Shown piece after piece: positions 8,464 through 18,911 of a stretch of 64,000 bases of DNA. Numbering within the stretch: position 1 is the stretch's first letter; every line of letters begins with the position of its first letter. Origin of the DNA: Gemmatimonadaceae bacterium (GTDB lineage: Bacteria; Gemmatimonadota; Gemmatimonadetes; Gemmatimonadales; Gemmatimonadaceae); the NCBI GenBank assembly GCA_045803545.1, contig JBJMOW010000004.1:512001-576000 (forward strand), read 5' to 3'. The notes under the pieces are model-generated. The model was not told where the DNA came from. It worked only from the letters and a program-made list of their open reading frames with translations, and made no database searches. The translations under genes and the position numbers were made by a program.

Positions 8464-10770
8464 ATGCAAAAGGCAGTAGCTGTCGCCGCGCTCGCTGCGG
8501 CATTCGTCGTTCCTTCATCGGCGATGAAGGCGCCAGCGCGGGTGTACGAGATTGCCGCGGCAGATTCCGTTGAGCGAATGCGCGTGTTGTGGATCGCTGC
8601 GCATCCCGACGACGAGGACACGAATCTGATTGCATGGCTGGCGCGCGGCCGCAATGTAGAGACGGCGTACATGTCGCTCACCAGAGGTGACGGCGGCCAG
8701 AATCTGATTGGCAACGAGCTCGGCGAGGCGCTGGGTGTCATTCGCACCGAGGAGCTGCTTGCCGCGCGGAGGATCGACGGCGCGCATCAGTATTTCGGGC
8801 GCGAGTACGACTTTGGTTTTTCAAAGAGCGCGGAGGAGACGTTGAGACATTGGCCGCGCGACTCGGTGCTCAACGACGTAATGACCGTGATGCGCGCGTT
8901 CCGGCCGCAAATCGTAATTACGACTTTCTCGGGAACGCCGAGGGATGGTCACGGGCATCATCAGGTGTCGGCGATCATTGCACGCGAGGCTTATGAGCGC
9001 GCCGCAGATACTGTCCGGTTTCCGGTGTCTCGGTTCGGAAAGCCGTGGACGCCACTCAAGCTTTATCGACTGGCGAGATTCTCACCGCAGGACAGGACGC
9101 TGGCGATCAATGTAGGGGAGTACAATCCGTTCCTCGGTCTCTCGTATCAGGAGATCGCGGCGGACAGCAGATCGCAGCACAAGTCGCAGGGCGAGGGCAC
9201 GCTGCGTCGCAAAGGAGTGGTCTATGACTATCTGATGCGCGAGGACTCGCGGGTGGCAGCGCCGCCGGCCAAGGAGGAGCAGACGATCTTCGCTGGTCTC
9301 GATACGACGAAGTTTCTGGTGCAGGATGGCAGAGTGACGCCGCCCTCGCTTGCACCACCCGTGCAGTTCGAGGCGGTTGCTGATCGGCGTGCCCTTGCAC
9401 TTGGCGAGGAAGCCAAAGTCACGATGACCGTCTACAACCGTGGAAAATCGCCGATCAGATTTTCTTACACGCACGCCGGTGATCTGGTCGAGACCAAGGA
9501 GCTTCCAGCCGATTCTTCCTTCAGGTGGGAGAACCTTTACGGCGATACCGCGATCACCCAACCGTGGTGGCTGGCAACGCCGCGCAGCGGTGACATGTTC
9601 ACTCCGAAACTGGACACGTTGTCGGAGGATCAACGCAGGAGCAATTCGGTGTGGCTGCTCTACACGGCCGACGGGAAGCAGTTCACACTAAAGACTCCGA
9701 TCGTGTATCACTACGTCGATCGGGTTCAGGGTGATGTACAACGTCCTTTGATTGTCGCGCCCGGAATCTCGATCAGCCTCGATCAGTCTGTAGCGATGGC
9801 ACGGGTGAATGCACCGCTCAATCAATTTGTGAAAGCGACGCTGAGGTCCGCATATATCGATTCCACGCCGGTGACCGTGACTTTATCGCTGCCGAACGGG
9901 TTGTCGGCGGATTCGATGTCGCGGACGGTGACGATGGCGCCTGGTGGAACACGAACTCTCGCATTCAGGCTGCGCGGCAATCTTACCCGCGGCATGCAGC
10001 AGATCACCGCAACAGCGACGGCGAAGGGAAAGACTTTTCAGAGCGGTTACGTTCCCATCGAGTATCCCCACATTAATCCGCAGCGCATCTATCGTCCGTC
10101 GACGCTGATGGTGAATGGGGTCGACGTCGTGCTGCCGGCGAGATTGAACGTCGCTTACATCCAGGGCGTGGGAGACAACGTTGCGCCGGTGCTCCAACAA
10201 CTCGGCGTACCGCTGACGATTCTCGATCCTGATGATATTCCGCAAACCGAGCTTGGTCGTTTCACGGCGATTGTCGTTGGACCGCGCGCTTATCAGGCGA
10301 ATCAGACGCTCATCGACAACAACGAGTATCTGCTGTCGTACGTGCGAAATGGCGGGCGAATGGTAGTGCAGTACGGGCAGGCGGAAATGCAGCGGCCGGG
10401 AATCATGCCGTATCCGATCACGCTGGGCCAACCGGCTGAACGCGTGACCGACGAAAACGCGCCGGTCGTCTTTACTGATCCGCGCTCGCCGCTGCTCAAC
10501 ACGCCGAACAAGATCACCCAGGAAGATTTCAACGGCTGGGCGCAAGAGCGGTCGACGTACATGCCGACGACATTCGATGCGCACTATCGGACGATGTTGT
10601 CGATGAATGATCCGGGCGCGCCGGCGAACAAGTCAGCGATACTGGCGACGCCGTACGGGCGCGGGAGCTACATCTACGTCCCATTGGCGCTGTTCAGACA
10701 GCTACCTGCGGGTGTTGCGGGTGGCGCGAGGATATTCGCAAATCTGCTTGGCGGGAACTCGGTCCGGTGA
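8464..10770 (+). CDS. Secreted PIG-L/LmbE-family deacetylase with Ig-like (NEW3-type) and C-terminal glutamine-amidotransferase-like domains
   Basis: Signal peptide; AAHPDDED, SLTRGDGGQN, RTEELLAAR, DFGFSK and HGHH motifs. Confidence 0.88.
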   Translation: MQKAVAVAALAAAFVVPSSAMKAPARVYEIAAADSVERMRVLWIAAHPDDEDTNLIAWLARGRNVETAYMSLTRGDGGQNLIGNELGEALGVIRTEELLAARRIDGAHQYFGREYDFGFSKSAEETLRHWPRDSVLNDVMTVMRAFRPQIVITTFSGTPRDGHGHHQVSAIIAREAYERAADTVRFPVSRFGKPWTPLKLYRLARFSPQDRTLAINVGEYNPFLGLSYQEIAADSRSQHKSQGEGTLRRKGVVYDYLMREDSRVAAPPAKEEQTIFAGLDTTKFLVQDGRVTPPSLAPPVQFEAVADRRALALGEEAKVTMTVYNRGKSPIRFSYTHAGDLVETKELPADSSFRWENLYGDTAITQPWWLATPRSGDMFTPKLDTLSEDQRRSNSVWLLYTADGKQFTLKTPIVYHYVDRVQGDVQRPLIVAPGISISLDQSVAMARVNAPLNQFVKATLRSAYIDSTPVTVTLSLPNGLSADSMSRTVTMAPGGTRTLAFRLRGNLTRGMQQITATATAKGKTFQSGYVPIEYPHINPQRIYRPSTLMVNGVDVVLPARLNVAYIQGVGDNVAPVLQQLGVPLTILDPDDIPQTELGRFTAIVVGPRAYQANQTLIDNNEYLLSYVRNGGRMVVQYGQAEMQRPGIMPYPITLGQPAERVTDENAPVVFTDPRSPLLNTPNKITQEDFNGWAQERSTYMPTTFDAHYRTMLSMNDPGAPANKSAILATPYGRGSYIYVPLALFRQLPAGVAGGARIFANLLGGNSVR

Positions 10771-11792
10771 GGCGCTTCGTTCTGATCGCGCTTGCCTTGC
10801 TCGCGGCATGCAGCTCGGATAATCGCAAGGTACTCATCGTTTACTCGCCACACGGAAAGGAGCTGCTCGAGTATTTCGAGAAACAGTTCGAGAAAGCGCA
10901 TCCTGATATCGACGTGCAGTGGGTCGACATGGGATCGCAGGAAGTTCTGGAGCGTGTGCGCGCGGAGAAGCCTAACCCGCAGGCCGACGTGTGGTTTGGC
11001 GCTCCGGCAGAGGCATTTGACCGAGCAACGAGAGAGGGACTACTCCAGCCTTACAAGCCGACGTGGTCAGCAGCTGTCGATGCGGAAGCGCACGATGCGG
11101 CCGACAACTGGTATGGGACCTATCTCACACCAGAAGTCATCGGATACAATCGCGACGCGATCAAGGCGGAGGATGCGCCGAAGGACTGGGATGACCTGAT
11201 CGATCCCAAGTGGCGCAACAAGATTCTCATTCGCGACCCGATTGCTTCAGGGACAATGCGAGCGATCTTTGGAGCGATCATGGCTCGTTCGATCGCGCAG
11301 ACGGGGAAACCCGACGCCGGTTACGAGTGGCTGCGCAAGCTGGACGCGAACACCAGGGAGTACACGCTGAACCCGACGATCCTTTATCAGAAGCTCGGTC
11401 GGCAGGAAGGGGTAGTCAGCATGTGGGACATGCCCGACTTCGCCACGCTGGAGCAACGGACGCACATTCCCATCAACTACATCATTCCGAAGAGCGGAAC
11501 GCCGTTGCTCGTCGACGGAATCGCACTTGTACGTGGTGCGAAGCATCCAGTGGAAGCAAAGGAGTACTACGAGTTCGTCACGACGCCTGAAGCTATGATT
11601 GCCGCGGCAGACTCATTTCTGCGCATCCCAGCGCGCAAGGACATTCCCGTGACAAACCTTCCGGATTGGATACGCAACGCGCTGAGTCAGATCAGGCCAA
11701 TGCCAGTCGATCGACAGGTGATGGCTGCGCATTTGGATGAGTGGATGAAGTACTGGGATGCGAACATCCGGAACCGCGGAAAGAAGCAGTGA
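10767..11792 (+). CDS. ABC transporter substrate-binding lipoprotein (Fe3+/thiamine/phosphonate-like family)
   Basis: Lipobox LAAC; VYSPH, GSQEVLERVRAEK.NPQADVWFG, PKDWDDL.DPKW, DPIASGT. Confidence 0.9.
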   Translation: MRRFVLIALALLAACSSDNRKVLIVYSPHGKELLEYFEKQFEKAHPDIDVQWVDMGSQEVLERVRAEKPNPQADVWFGAPAEAFDRATREGLLQPYKPTWSAAVDAEAHDAADNWYGTYLTPEVIGYNRDAIKAEDAPKDWDDLIDPKWRNKILIRDPIASGTMRAIFGAIMARSIAQTGKPDAGYEWLRKLDANTREYTLNPTILYQKLGRQEGVVSMWDMPDFATLEQRTHIPINYIIPKSGTPLLVDGIALVRGAKHPVEAKEYYEFVTTPEAMIAAADSFLRIPARKDIPVTNLPDWIRNALSQIRPMPVDRQVMAAHLDEWMKYWDANIRNRGKKQ

Positions 11793-12877
11793 GCGACGCG
11801 CCGCAGGCGCGCCCTGATGGGCAGAGTGGCGCTCTTGCTCTTGAGGGCATAACTCGCCGGTTCGGCGATTTCACAGCTGTAGATAACGTTTCTTTCCAGG
11901 TTGGGCCCGGCGAATTGCTGGCGCTTGTAGGCGCGTCGGGCTCGGGCAAGACGACGACGCTGCGTATCGCTGCCGGTTACGAAGTCCCGGACGCCGGACG
12001 CGTCTCACTCGGTGGCACTGATTTGACGCGACTCCCGCCGGAGCGGCGGGGATTTGGGATGGTCTTCCAGCACTACGCGCTCTTCCCGCACATGTCGGTC
12101 GAGGACAACGTCGCGTTCGGACTCGAGGCACGTGGCGTCAGCAAAGTCGATCGCCTGATCAAGGCGCGCGCGGCACTCGCCAACGTGGGTCTCGAAGGTG
12201 CCGGCAATCGGCCGATTCAGTCTCTTTCCGGCGGTGAGCAACAGCGCGTGGCGCTCGCCCGAGCTCTGGTTATCGAGCCGAGGGCGTTGCTGCTGGATGA
12301 GCCATTGTCGAATCTCGATCCAAATTTGCGCGAAGCGATGCGCGACGATCTGCGTCGGATGCTGCGACGGGTTGGCGTGCCGGCGCTGTTCGTCACGCAT
12401 GATCAGGAGGATGCATTCGCTATCGCCGACCGGATTGCGCTTCTTAAGCGTGGAAGGATGCTGCAATGCGGAACGCCTGAGGAGTTGTACCATTCGCCGG
12501 CGAATCGCGAAGTCGCTGCATTCATCGGACGTGGTGCGATGGTTCCCGCGATCGACAAAGGCAGCACCGCTGAAGTGACAATCGGAGGCGTGAAGCGCGA
12601 GCTGCCAGTGACACGCCCGAAGGATGCGGCGCCGAAGCTGGATAATGCCTTCGTGGTAATGCGGCCCGACTCGATCGAGATGTCGAAGGGCGCCGGCGTC
12701 TTTGCGTGGCGCGGAAAGATCGTGAATCGCCGATTTGCCGGCGGAGTCGAGGTTTATCGGGTCGAGCTTGCCGACGGTATCACAGTCGATGTCGAGTCCC
12801 AGATTGTGGACGCCCATGAGGGCGACAGTGTGTCGGTATCGCCGTTGAAGCGGGAGTTTCCGGTAGTGGCGGGATGA
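11789..12877 (+). CDS. ABC transporter ATP-binding protein (PotA/FbpC-like, C-terminal TOBE)
   Basis: GASGSGKTT, LSGGEQQR, LLLDEP, VTHD. GTG start overlaps the upstream stop. Confidence 0.93.
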   Translation: MSDAPQARPDGQSGALALEGITRRFGDFTAVDNVSFQVGPGELLALVGASGSGKTTTLRIAAGYEVPDAGRVSLGGTDLTRLPPERRGFGMVFQHYALFPHMSVEDNVAFGLEARGVSKVDRLIKARAALANVGLEGAGNRPIQSLSGGEQQRVALARALVIEPRALLLDEPLSNLDPNLREAMRDDLRRMLRRVGVPALFVTHDQEDAFAIADRIALLKRGRMLQCGTPEELYHSPANREVAAFIGRGAMVPAIDKGSTAEVTIGGVKRELPVTRPKDAAPKLDNAFVVMRPDSIEMSKGAGVFAWRGKIVNRRFAGGVEVYRVELADGITVDVESQIVDAHEGDSVSVSPLKREFPVVAG

Positions 12878-12920
12878 GGGATGAGGGAGGCGGGAGGCGG
12901 GGAGGCGGGAGGAGGGAAAA
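12871..12920 (+). repeat. G-rich heptamer array filling the intergenic gap
   Basis: GGGATGA GGGATGA GGGAGGC GGGAGGC (G)GGGAGGC GGGAGGA GGGAAAA, directly before ATG. Confidence 0.8.
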
Positions 12921-14579
12921 ATGAATGCGTCGTTGCGGGGGAACCGCAGTAGTTGGCTGATTGCGCTGCCGGTGATCGCGCTGCTGGTGTGGGCCGTCAT
13001 TTATCCCAACGCGGCGGTCATCGCGGGCAGTTTCGAGGACGGGCTGGGACACTGGCGGGAATTCTGGGCGAGCCCGGCGGATCACGAAGCTCTGATCACC
13101 AGCCTGGTCATCTCCGTCGCATCGGTCTTTGCTTCGCTGGCGATTGTCGTGCCGTTGGCATTCCTGCTGGGGCGATTTGAGTTTCCGGGTCGGCGTTTGC
13201 TGCGCGCAGTCGCGACTTTGCCAGCGGCGCTGCCGCCATTGGTCGGCGTTATCGCCTTCCTGTTTTTATATGGTGAGAGCGGAGTTGTTACGCGCGCGGT
13301 CCAACGGACATTAGGCATGGCGGAGGCGCCGTGGCAGCTGCGTGGGATCGGCGCGATCGTGTTCGTCCACGCGTACACGATGTACGTCTACGTTTTCCTG
13401 TTCGTCTCCGCCGGTCTCGAGCGGTTCGACGCTTCGCTGGACGAATCAGCATCCGGACTCGGCGCGAGCACCTGGCTGCGTCTGCGTCGCGTGACGATTC
13501 CTCTGCTCATGCCAGCAGTCGCCGGATCGGCGCTCCTTGTCTTCATGAACGCACTCGGTTCTTTCTCGGCGCCGTACGTGTTTGGCGGTGGGCTGCGAGT
13601 GCTGTCGACCCAGATCCTGAACTCGAAGACGAACGGGGCGATGGGACTCGCTTACGTCGAGACGACGGTGCTGGCACTTAGCGCGGTCGCGGGACTGGCG
13701 TTGTTCCGCTGGCTGGATCGGAAGCGCAAGTACACTCTGGCAAGCAAAGGAGGTCGAGTGCGCCGAACCATCAGGTCCAGAAGAGTCCAGCTGCTGACGA
13801 CGATCGGAGCCGCGATGATCGTGATCGCTCTGGTGCTGCCGCATTTGATGGTGATTCTGGTGTCGTTCGCGCGAGATGGATCGTGGACGACGCAAGTGCT
13901 GCCGCCTGAATACACGTTCGAGAATTATCGGCGGCTGTTCTCGGAGGCCGAGCTTTGGCGGCCGATCACGAACAGCGTATCGATGGCGTTGATCGCAACT
14001 GGCGCGAATCTCGTTGTTTGTTTCATCGCCGCGTACCTGATCGTGTTTCGCAAGTTTGGCGGGCGCAGATTCCTGGAGCTGCTGGTGGCGTTGCCGTGGG
14101 CGATTCCCGCGACTGCGATTGCACTGGGACTGGCAGCAACGTTCAATCGGAATGATCCGCTTACCGGGCGGGTGCTGCTCGTCGGCACGTTCTGGATTCT
14201 CCCGCTCGCTTATTTCATTCGCGATACGCCGCTCGTCTCATCTGCTGTCGAGTCGTCGCTGCGACAGATGGACGCGTCCCTCGAAGATGCGGCGCGCGGA
14301 CTCGGCGCGTCGTGGCTGATGACGATGCGGCGTGTGATCATTCCAGCAGCTCGGCCCGGTCTCGTTGCGGGTGGTTTGCTGGCAGCTGTCGCCGCCGTTG
14401 GTGAGTTTGTAGCGAGTGTGGTGCTCTACACGCACGCAAATCGCCCGATTTCAATGGAGATCCTGGCGCAGCTGCGTGCGCTCGCGTTCGGTACTGCGGC
14501 GGCCTACAGTGTGCTGCTCATTCTGCTCGTATTGCTGATGACGTTAGCGGCTCGCTCGTTCGAGGAAAGACTTGCCTAG
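12921..14579 (+). CDS. ABC transporter permease, FbpB-type (two fused halves)
   Basis: Multiple TM helices; two EAA loops (DASLDESASGLGAS, DASLEDAARGLGAS). Confidence 0.92.
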   Translation: MNASLRGNRSSWLIALPVIALLVWAVIYPNAAVIAGSFEDGLGHWREFWASPADHEALITSLVISVASVFASLAIVVPLAFLLGRFEFPGRRLLRAVATLPAALPPLVGVIAFLFLYGESGVVTRAVQRTLGMAEAPWQLRGIGAIVFVHAYTMYVYVFLFVSAGLERFDASLDESASGLGASTWLRLRRVTIPLLMPAVAGSALLVFMNALGSFSAPYVFGGGLRVLSTQILNSKTNGAMGLAYVETTVLALSAVAGLALFRWLDRKRKYTLASKGGRVRRTIRSRRVQLLTTIGAAMIVIALVLPHLMVILVSFARDGSWTTQVLPPEYTFENYRRLFSEAELWRPITNSVSMALIATGANLVVCFIAAYLIVFRKFGGRRFLELLVALPWAIPATAIALGLAATFNRNDPLTGRVLLVGTFWILPLAYFIRDTPLVSSAVESSLRQMDASLEDAARGLGASWLMTMRRVIIPAARPGLVAGGLLAAVAAVGEFVASVVLYTHANRPISMEILAQLRALAFGTAAAYSVLLILLVLLMTLAARSFEERLA

Positions 14580-15858
14580 CATTTTGAAGCGGCCGCGAGT
14601 GGTCATCATCGGTGGCGGGTTCGGCGGGCTGGCCGCCGCACGGAAGCTCGGTCACGACAATCTCGACCTGACCGTCATCGATCGCACCAATCACTTCACC
14701 TTTCAGCCGCTCCTGTACCAGGTCGCGACGGCGGCGCTCGCGCCGAGTGATATAACGGCACCGATCAGGCACATCCTCCGTCACCAGCGGAACACCGAAG
14801 TGTTGATGGCGGAGGTGCGCGAGATCGATCCTGAGAAGCAGGTCGTTCGAATCGACGACGAGCTACGTGAGATCTCGTACGACTATCTCGTAGTCGCCAC
14901 GGGTTCGCGTCACGCCTACTTCGGCCACAACGAGTGGGAGCCTTACGCGCCCGGACTCAAGGCCATCGAAGATGCGTCGGAGATTCGTCGTCGCTTTCTG
15001 CTGGCGTTCGAGAACGCGGAGAAAGCAACGGATCCGCGTGAACGTGAAGAGTATCTGACGTTCGTGATCGTCGGCGGCGGTCCCACTGGCGTGGAGCTGG
15101 CGGGCGCGATGCCCTTCATCGCCAGGAAGGCGCTGGCGCCGGATTTCAGAACTGTTGACACTCGACGCACACGAGTGATTCTGGTTGAAGCCGGGTCAAG
15201 GTTGTTGCCCAGTTTTCCGGAGCACCTGGCGGCGCGCGCGACCAGGGATTTGCAGGAGCTCGGCGTCGAGGTGCGCGTCAACTCCGCGGTGACAGCCGTG
15301 AACGCAGACTGCGTTTGCATAGGGAAAGAGGAGATCCGCGCCAGAACGAGCTTCTGGGCAGCGGGCAACAAGTCATCGCCGCTCGGCCAGTTTCTCGGTG
15401 CTCCACTCGATCGCGCTGGCAGAATCAACGTCAGTCCCGATCTCTCTGTTCCGGGGCGCCCGAACATTTTCGTGATTGGCGATCTGGCGACGGTGATGCA
15501 CGATGGCAAGCAAGTCCCGGGCGTCGGACCGGCCGCGATTCAGGAGGGGAAAGCGGCGGGAAAGAATATTCTGCGCGATCTGCACCACCAGCCTCGGAAG
15601 AATTTCCGTTACTTCAACAAAGGCGACTTGGCCGTGATAGGTCGGTCGCGCGCAATCGCCGACCTGGGTTGGATAACATTCTCGGGACGCCTTGCGTGGT
15701 TCTTTTGGCTTTTTGTCCACATCATGTATCTGGTAGGCTTCCGCAACCGGGTCATCGTGTTTTTCGACTGGGCGTACTCGTACTTCACCTATCAACCCGG
15801 CGTGCGTCTCATCACCGACGTGGAGCGCTACAAGCCTCCGGCTGCAGTTTCGGGCTGA
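14572..15858 (+). CDS. ndh: Type II NADH dehydrogenase (NDH-2) family FAD oxidoreductase
   Basis: VVIIGGGFGG, FQPLLYQVAT, IVGGGPTGVELAG, FVIGD, YFNKG. Confidence 0.9.
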   Translation: MPSILKRPRVVIIGGGFGGLAAARKLGHDNLDLTVIDRTNHFTFQPLLYQVATAALAPSDITAPIRHILRHQRNTEVLMAEVREIDPEKQVVRIDDELREISYDYLVVATGSRHAYFGHNEWEPYAPGLKAIEDASEIRRRFLLAFENAEKATDPREREEYLTFVIVGGGPTGVELAGAMPFIARKALAPDFRTVDTRRTRVILVEAGSRLLPSFPEHLAARATRDLQELGVEVRVNSAVTAVNADCVCIGKEEIRARTSFWAAGNKSSPLGQFLGAPLDRAGRINVSPDLSVPGRPNIFVIGDLATVMHDGKQVPGVGPAAIQEGKAAGKNILRDLHHQPRKNFRYFNKGDLAVIGRSRAIADLGWITFSGRLAWFFWLFVHIMYLVGFRNRVIVFFDWAYSYFTYQPGVRLITDVERYKPPAAVSG

Positions 15859-16658
15859 GGATCGAGAACTTGTCTCGGCCGTGATCCGCCCAATACCGCG
15901 ACACGTTTGGTGAGATTGGGGTGCGTTGCGAGGACCTCGGCGAAGCGGACGAAGAATCCTCGTTCCGTCTGGCGCTGTTCGGCGTAGACCTCAGCGTCGA
16001 CCTGATTGTAGAGATCTCGCCCGGCGGCCAACACTAGCAGACCGTCGACGCTGCCTGCCGGCTCGAGTGCATTGCCGATCTTGTCACACGTGTATTCGCA
16101 CGCTCTCGAATAAGCGGAGCCGAGGAACGGAAACATCATCGCGGGATAGAGAAGGGAACGGCGCGTCATGTGATGGCGTTTGACGTGCCCGAGCTCGTGA
16201 CCGAGTACGAAGCTCACCGCCTTCTCCCCTTTCTGGGTTGCCAGCGCGAGGACATCGGAATAGAGCACGACGAAATTGCGACCGAGGAATCGCGTCGCAA
16301 AAGCGTTGAGAATCCCTCCGGACTGGAGCACGAAGACGTCGGGGACTTCCATGTCAAGTCGACGGGAGTGCTGTTTTGCCATCGCCATCAGCTCGGGGAA
16401 CTGGCGCTCGGACACGCGCACGCCGTTGCCGCGGATCCGGCCGATCATGATGCCGTGAAGCATGAAATAGCCGACGACGAACAGGATCGCATAGAAGAGG
16501 ATAACCCCGGCTACTGGGCTGCCGGAGACAATGATCATCGCCAAGAGTAGATAGAGTGCGATGCTGACCAGGACGCAGACCGCGAAGTAGACTTTCTCTT
16601 TCGGGCTTACAAGAGTGTCGACGTAGACTGGACGCTCCGATCGCGGATCGGTTGGCAT
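15828..16658 (-). CDS. M48-family (HtpX-like) membrane zinc metallopeptidase
   Basis: Two N-terminal TM helices; NAFAT, GHELGH (HExxH), SRACEYTCD, THP..KR; GGAGA RBS. Confidence 0.9.
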   Translation of the reverse strand: MPTDPRSERPVYVDTLVSPKEKVYFAVCVLVSIALYLLLAMIIVSGSPVAGVILFYAILFVVGYFMLHGIMIGRIRGNGVRVSERQFPELMAMAKQHSRRLDMEVPDVFVLQSGGILNAFATRFLGRNFVVLYSDVLALATQKGEKAVSFVLGHELGHVKRHHMTRRSLLYPAMMFPFLGSAYSRACEYTCDKIGNALEPAGSVDGLLVLAAGRDLYNQVDAEVYAEQRQTERGFFVRFAEVLATHPNLTKRVAVLGGSRPRQVLDPQPETAAGGL

Positions 16659-16821
16659 AGGGTGTTCTCCGGTGATGGTTTGCGGCCGGAAATACTAATG
16701 TCGATGCCGAGTATCTGCCTTTTTCGAGGGGACGTCAATAGCACGGACTCCAAACCGAGAACAGTAAACTGCGAACTGCCGACTTTAGTTTTCGGGATGC
16801 TCAGGTGAGCGATGACGGTCT

Positions 16822-18042
16822 TTACGCCGAAGCCGGCAGCTCGGCTTTCCTGCCATCGTCGATCCCATAACCAAGCGCGATGGTGGCGAGGACGAGTCCG
16901 GCGGATGTGAACATCGGGACGGAGCGACCGAGATGGTCGTAGGAGAATCCTGCCCAGAGCGGCACGATCACGCGGGCAAGTCCGCCGAACGTCTGTTGCA
17001 CGCCCATGTACAGACCGCGCTCCCGACTCGAGATGACGCGCGAGAGCATTGACGTTACGCACGGGAAGGTGAAGGCGGTGCCGAGAGGCACCAGCGCCAC
17101 GGCAATCGCGAGACTCACGTAGCCGCGCGCGAGCGGAAGCGTCGCCAGTCCGGTCGCCAGCATCGCCAGACCGATTCGCGACAGATACGCCTCTCCGTAG
17201 CGATCGACCATCCGACCCAGAATGCCGGCGCGCGTGATTACCGCGATGGTTCCGACATAAGTGTAGAAAATCCAGATGCGATCCTTGCCGACGCCGAATT
17301 GATCGGCGAGGAACAGCGCGAGGATTGCCATCAATCCAGAGAAGGCGCCCATCGCGATCGCGTAAATCCAGATCAACCGTGGCGCCGGCTCATTCGGATG
17401 CGTGACTACGTGCGTAATGGCAGTACGTGATGCAGTTGGTTTTTTGCCATGCGCCTCTGTCATGTCGCGCGATTCGCGCAGGAATCGCCAGGCGAAGAAG
17501 ATGTTGATCGCGCACAGCAAGGCTGCCGCGACGCCCGGGCCGTGCGGTCCAAACCTGAGTGCTGCGGATCCAATCGCGGGACCAATTGCGACGCCAACGT
17601 TGGTTGCCGCTGATAACCAGCCGAGCGCTTTCGCTCTATTCTGCGGCTCGACAGAATCCGCGACGTAGGCTTGAATCACACCCACGGTCCCGCCGCCCGC
17701 GCCCTGCACCAGTCGTGAGAGCAGGAGCAACCAAATCGAATTTGCGAAGGCGAAGACGAGATAGGCGATGCCGGCTGCCGTGAGACCCACTAGCAACGCG
17801 GGCCGTCTCCCATACTTATCCGAAAATCTGCCCCAGATCGGTGCGCTGAGTAATTGCGCGGCAGTGAACGCTCCCATGAGGATCGCGACGACAAGCGCGC
17901 CGCCACCCATTTCGCGAGCGTAGAACGGCAGCAGTGGGATGATCATCAGCAATCCCACCATGTCTACGAAATTCGTGACGATCAGCACGGCCAGCTTCGC
18001 GTTCGCCGCACGAGAGATTTGACCGCGCACTCCGGACGCCAT
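16822..18042 (-). CDS. MFS transporter (TetA/DHA1-like)
   Basis: GRFSDKYGRRP motif A, about 12 TM helices. Start overlaps the upstream stop (TAATG). Confidence 0.9.
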   Translation of the reverse strand: MASGVRGQISRAANAKLAVLIVTNFVDMVGLLMIIPLLPFYAREMGGGALVVAILMGAFTAAQLLSAPIWGRFSDKYGRRPALLVGLTAAGIAYLVFAFANSIWLLLLSRLVQGAGGGTVGVIQAYVADSVEPQNRAKALGWLSAATNVGVAIGPAIGSAALRFGPHGPGVAAALLCAINIFFAWRFLRESRDMTEAHGKKPTASRTAITHVVTHPNEPAPRLIWIYAIAMGAFSGLMAILALFLADQFGVGKDRIWIFYTYVGTIAVITRAGILGRMVDRYGEAYLSRIGLAMLATGLATLPLARGYVSLAIAVALVPLGTAFTFPCVTSMLSRVISSRERGLYMGVQQTFGGLARVIVPLWAGFSYDHLGRSVPMFTSAGLVLATIALGYGIDDGRKAELPASA

Positions 18043-18911
18043 TAAGCCTCTGCCTTGCCAAGCGCCGCCGGCGGCACCGCTCGGCCGACGACTCCGGCCA
18101 ACGCAATGATCGTGAGGACGTAAGGAATCATCTCCACGAACTGCGAGGGAATAGCGTGGCTTCCCTGCAGCTGGATCTGGAAAGTTTCCGCGGCAGCGAA
18201 CAGCAGGCACGCGAAGGCTGCGCGAACGGGATCCCATCTTCCGAAAATCACCGCGGAGATGGCGATGAATCCGCGACCGGCCGTCATCTGGTCAGTGAAC
18301 TGGTGCTGGTCGAGCGCGAGGTAGACACCGCCGAGCGCGGCGAGAACTCCCGAAATTGCGACAGCGAGGTAGCGCACGCGAGTTACGCTGACGCCTACAC
18401 TCTCAGCAGCTTCCGGATGCTCGCCCACCGCGCGTACACGCAAGCCAAACGGCGTCTTGTAGATCACGAACGCGACGACAGGGGCGCTGATCAAGCCAAG
18501 CCAGAGCAGCGGATTGTCGAATCCCGCGGCTTTGATATTTCCGCCGAAGCCTGCGACACGCGGTGAGTTCGAGGAGCTGGCGAAAAAGAGCTTGAGGAAA
18601 AATCTCGTCACACCGATTGCCAGCAGGTTGATGGCGACACCAACGACAACCTGGTCGGCGCGATATCGAATGCTGGCGATCGCGTGAATGGCGCCGAATA
18701 TCAGCCCACCCATCATGCCGGCAAGCACTCCGATCCATGGATTTCCGCTGTAGTTCGTCCCGACAACGGCGGCGAATGCGCCGGTGAGCATGAACCCTTC
18801 GAGCGTCAGGCTCACGATTCCCGCGCGCTCGGCGACAACGCCTCCGCTTGCCGCGAACAGATACGGCACAGCGATGCGGATCATCTGCGTGATGAATGAG
18901 ACCGGATTCAC
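18042..18911 (-). CDS. Nucleoside-type ABC transporter permease (YufQ/NupC-like)
   Basis: ERAGIV.L.LEG.ML, TPFGLRVRAVGEHPEAA, AGRGFIA..A.IFGRW. Confidence 0.9.
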   Translation of the reverse strand: MNPVSFITQMIRIAVPYLFAASGGVVAERAGIVSLTLEGFMLTGAFAAVVGTNYSGNPWIGVLAGMMGGLIFGAIHAIASIRYRADQVVVGVAINLLAIGVTRFFLKLFFASSSNSPRVAGFGGNIKAAGFDNPLLWLGLISAPVVAFVIYKTPFGLRVRAVGEHPEAAESVGVSVTRVRYLAVAISGVLAALGGVYLALDQHQFTDQMTAGRGFIAISAVIFGRWDPVRAAFACLLFAAAETFQIQLQGSHAIPSQFVEMIPYVLTIIALAGVVGRAVPPAALGKAEA

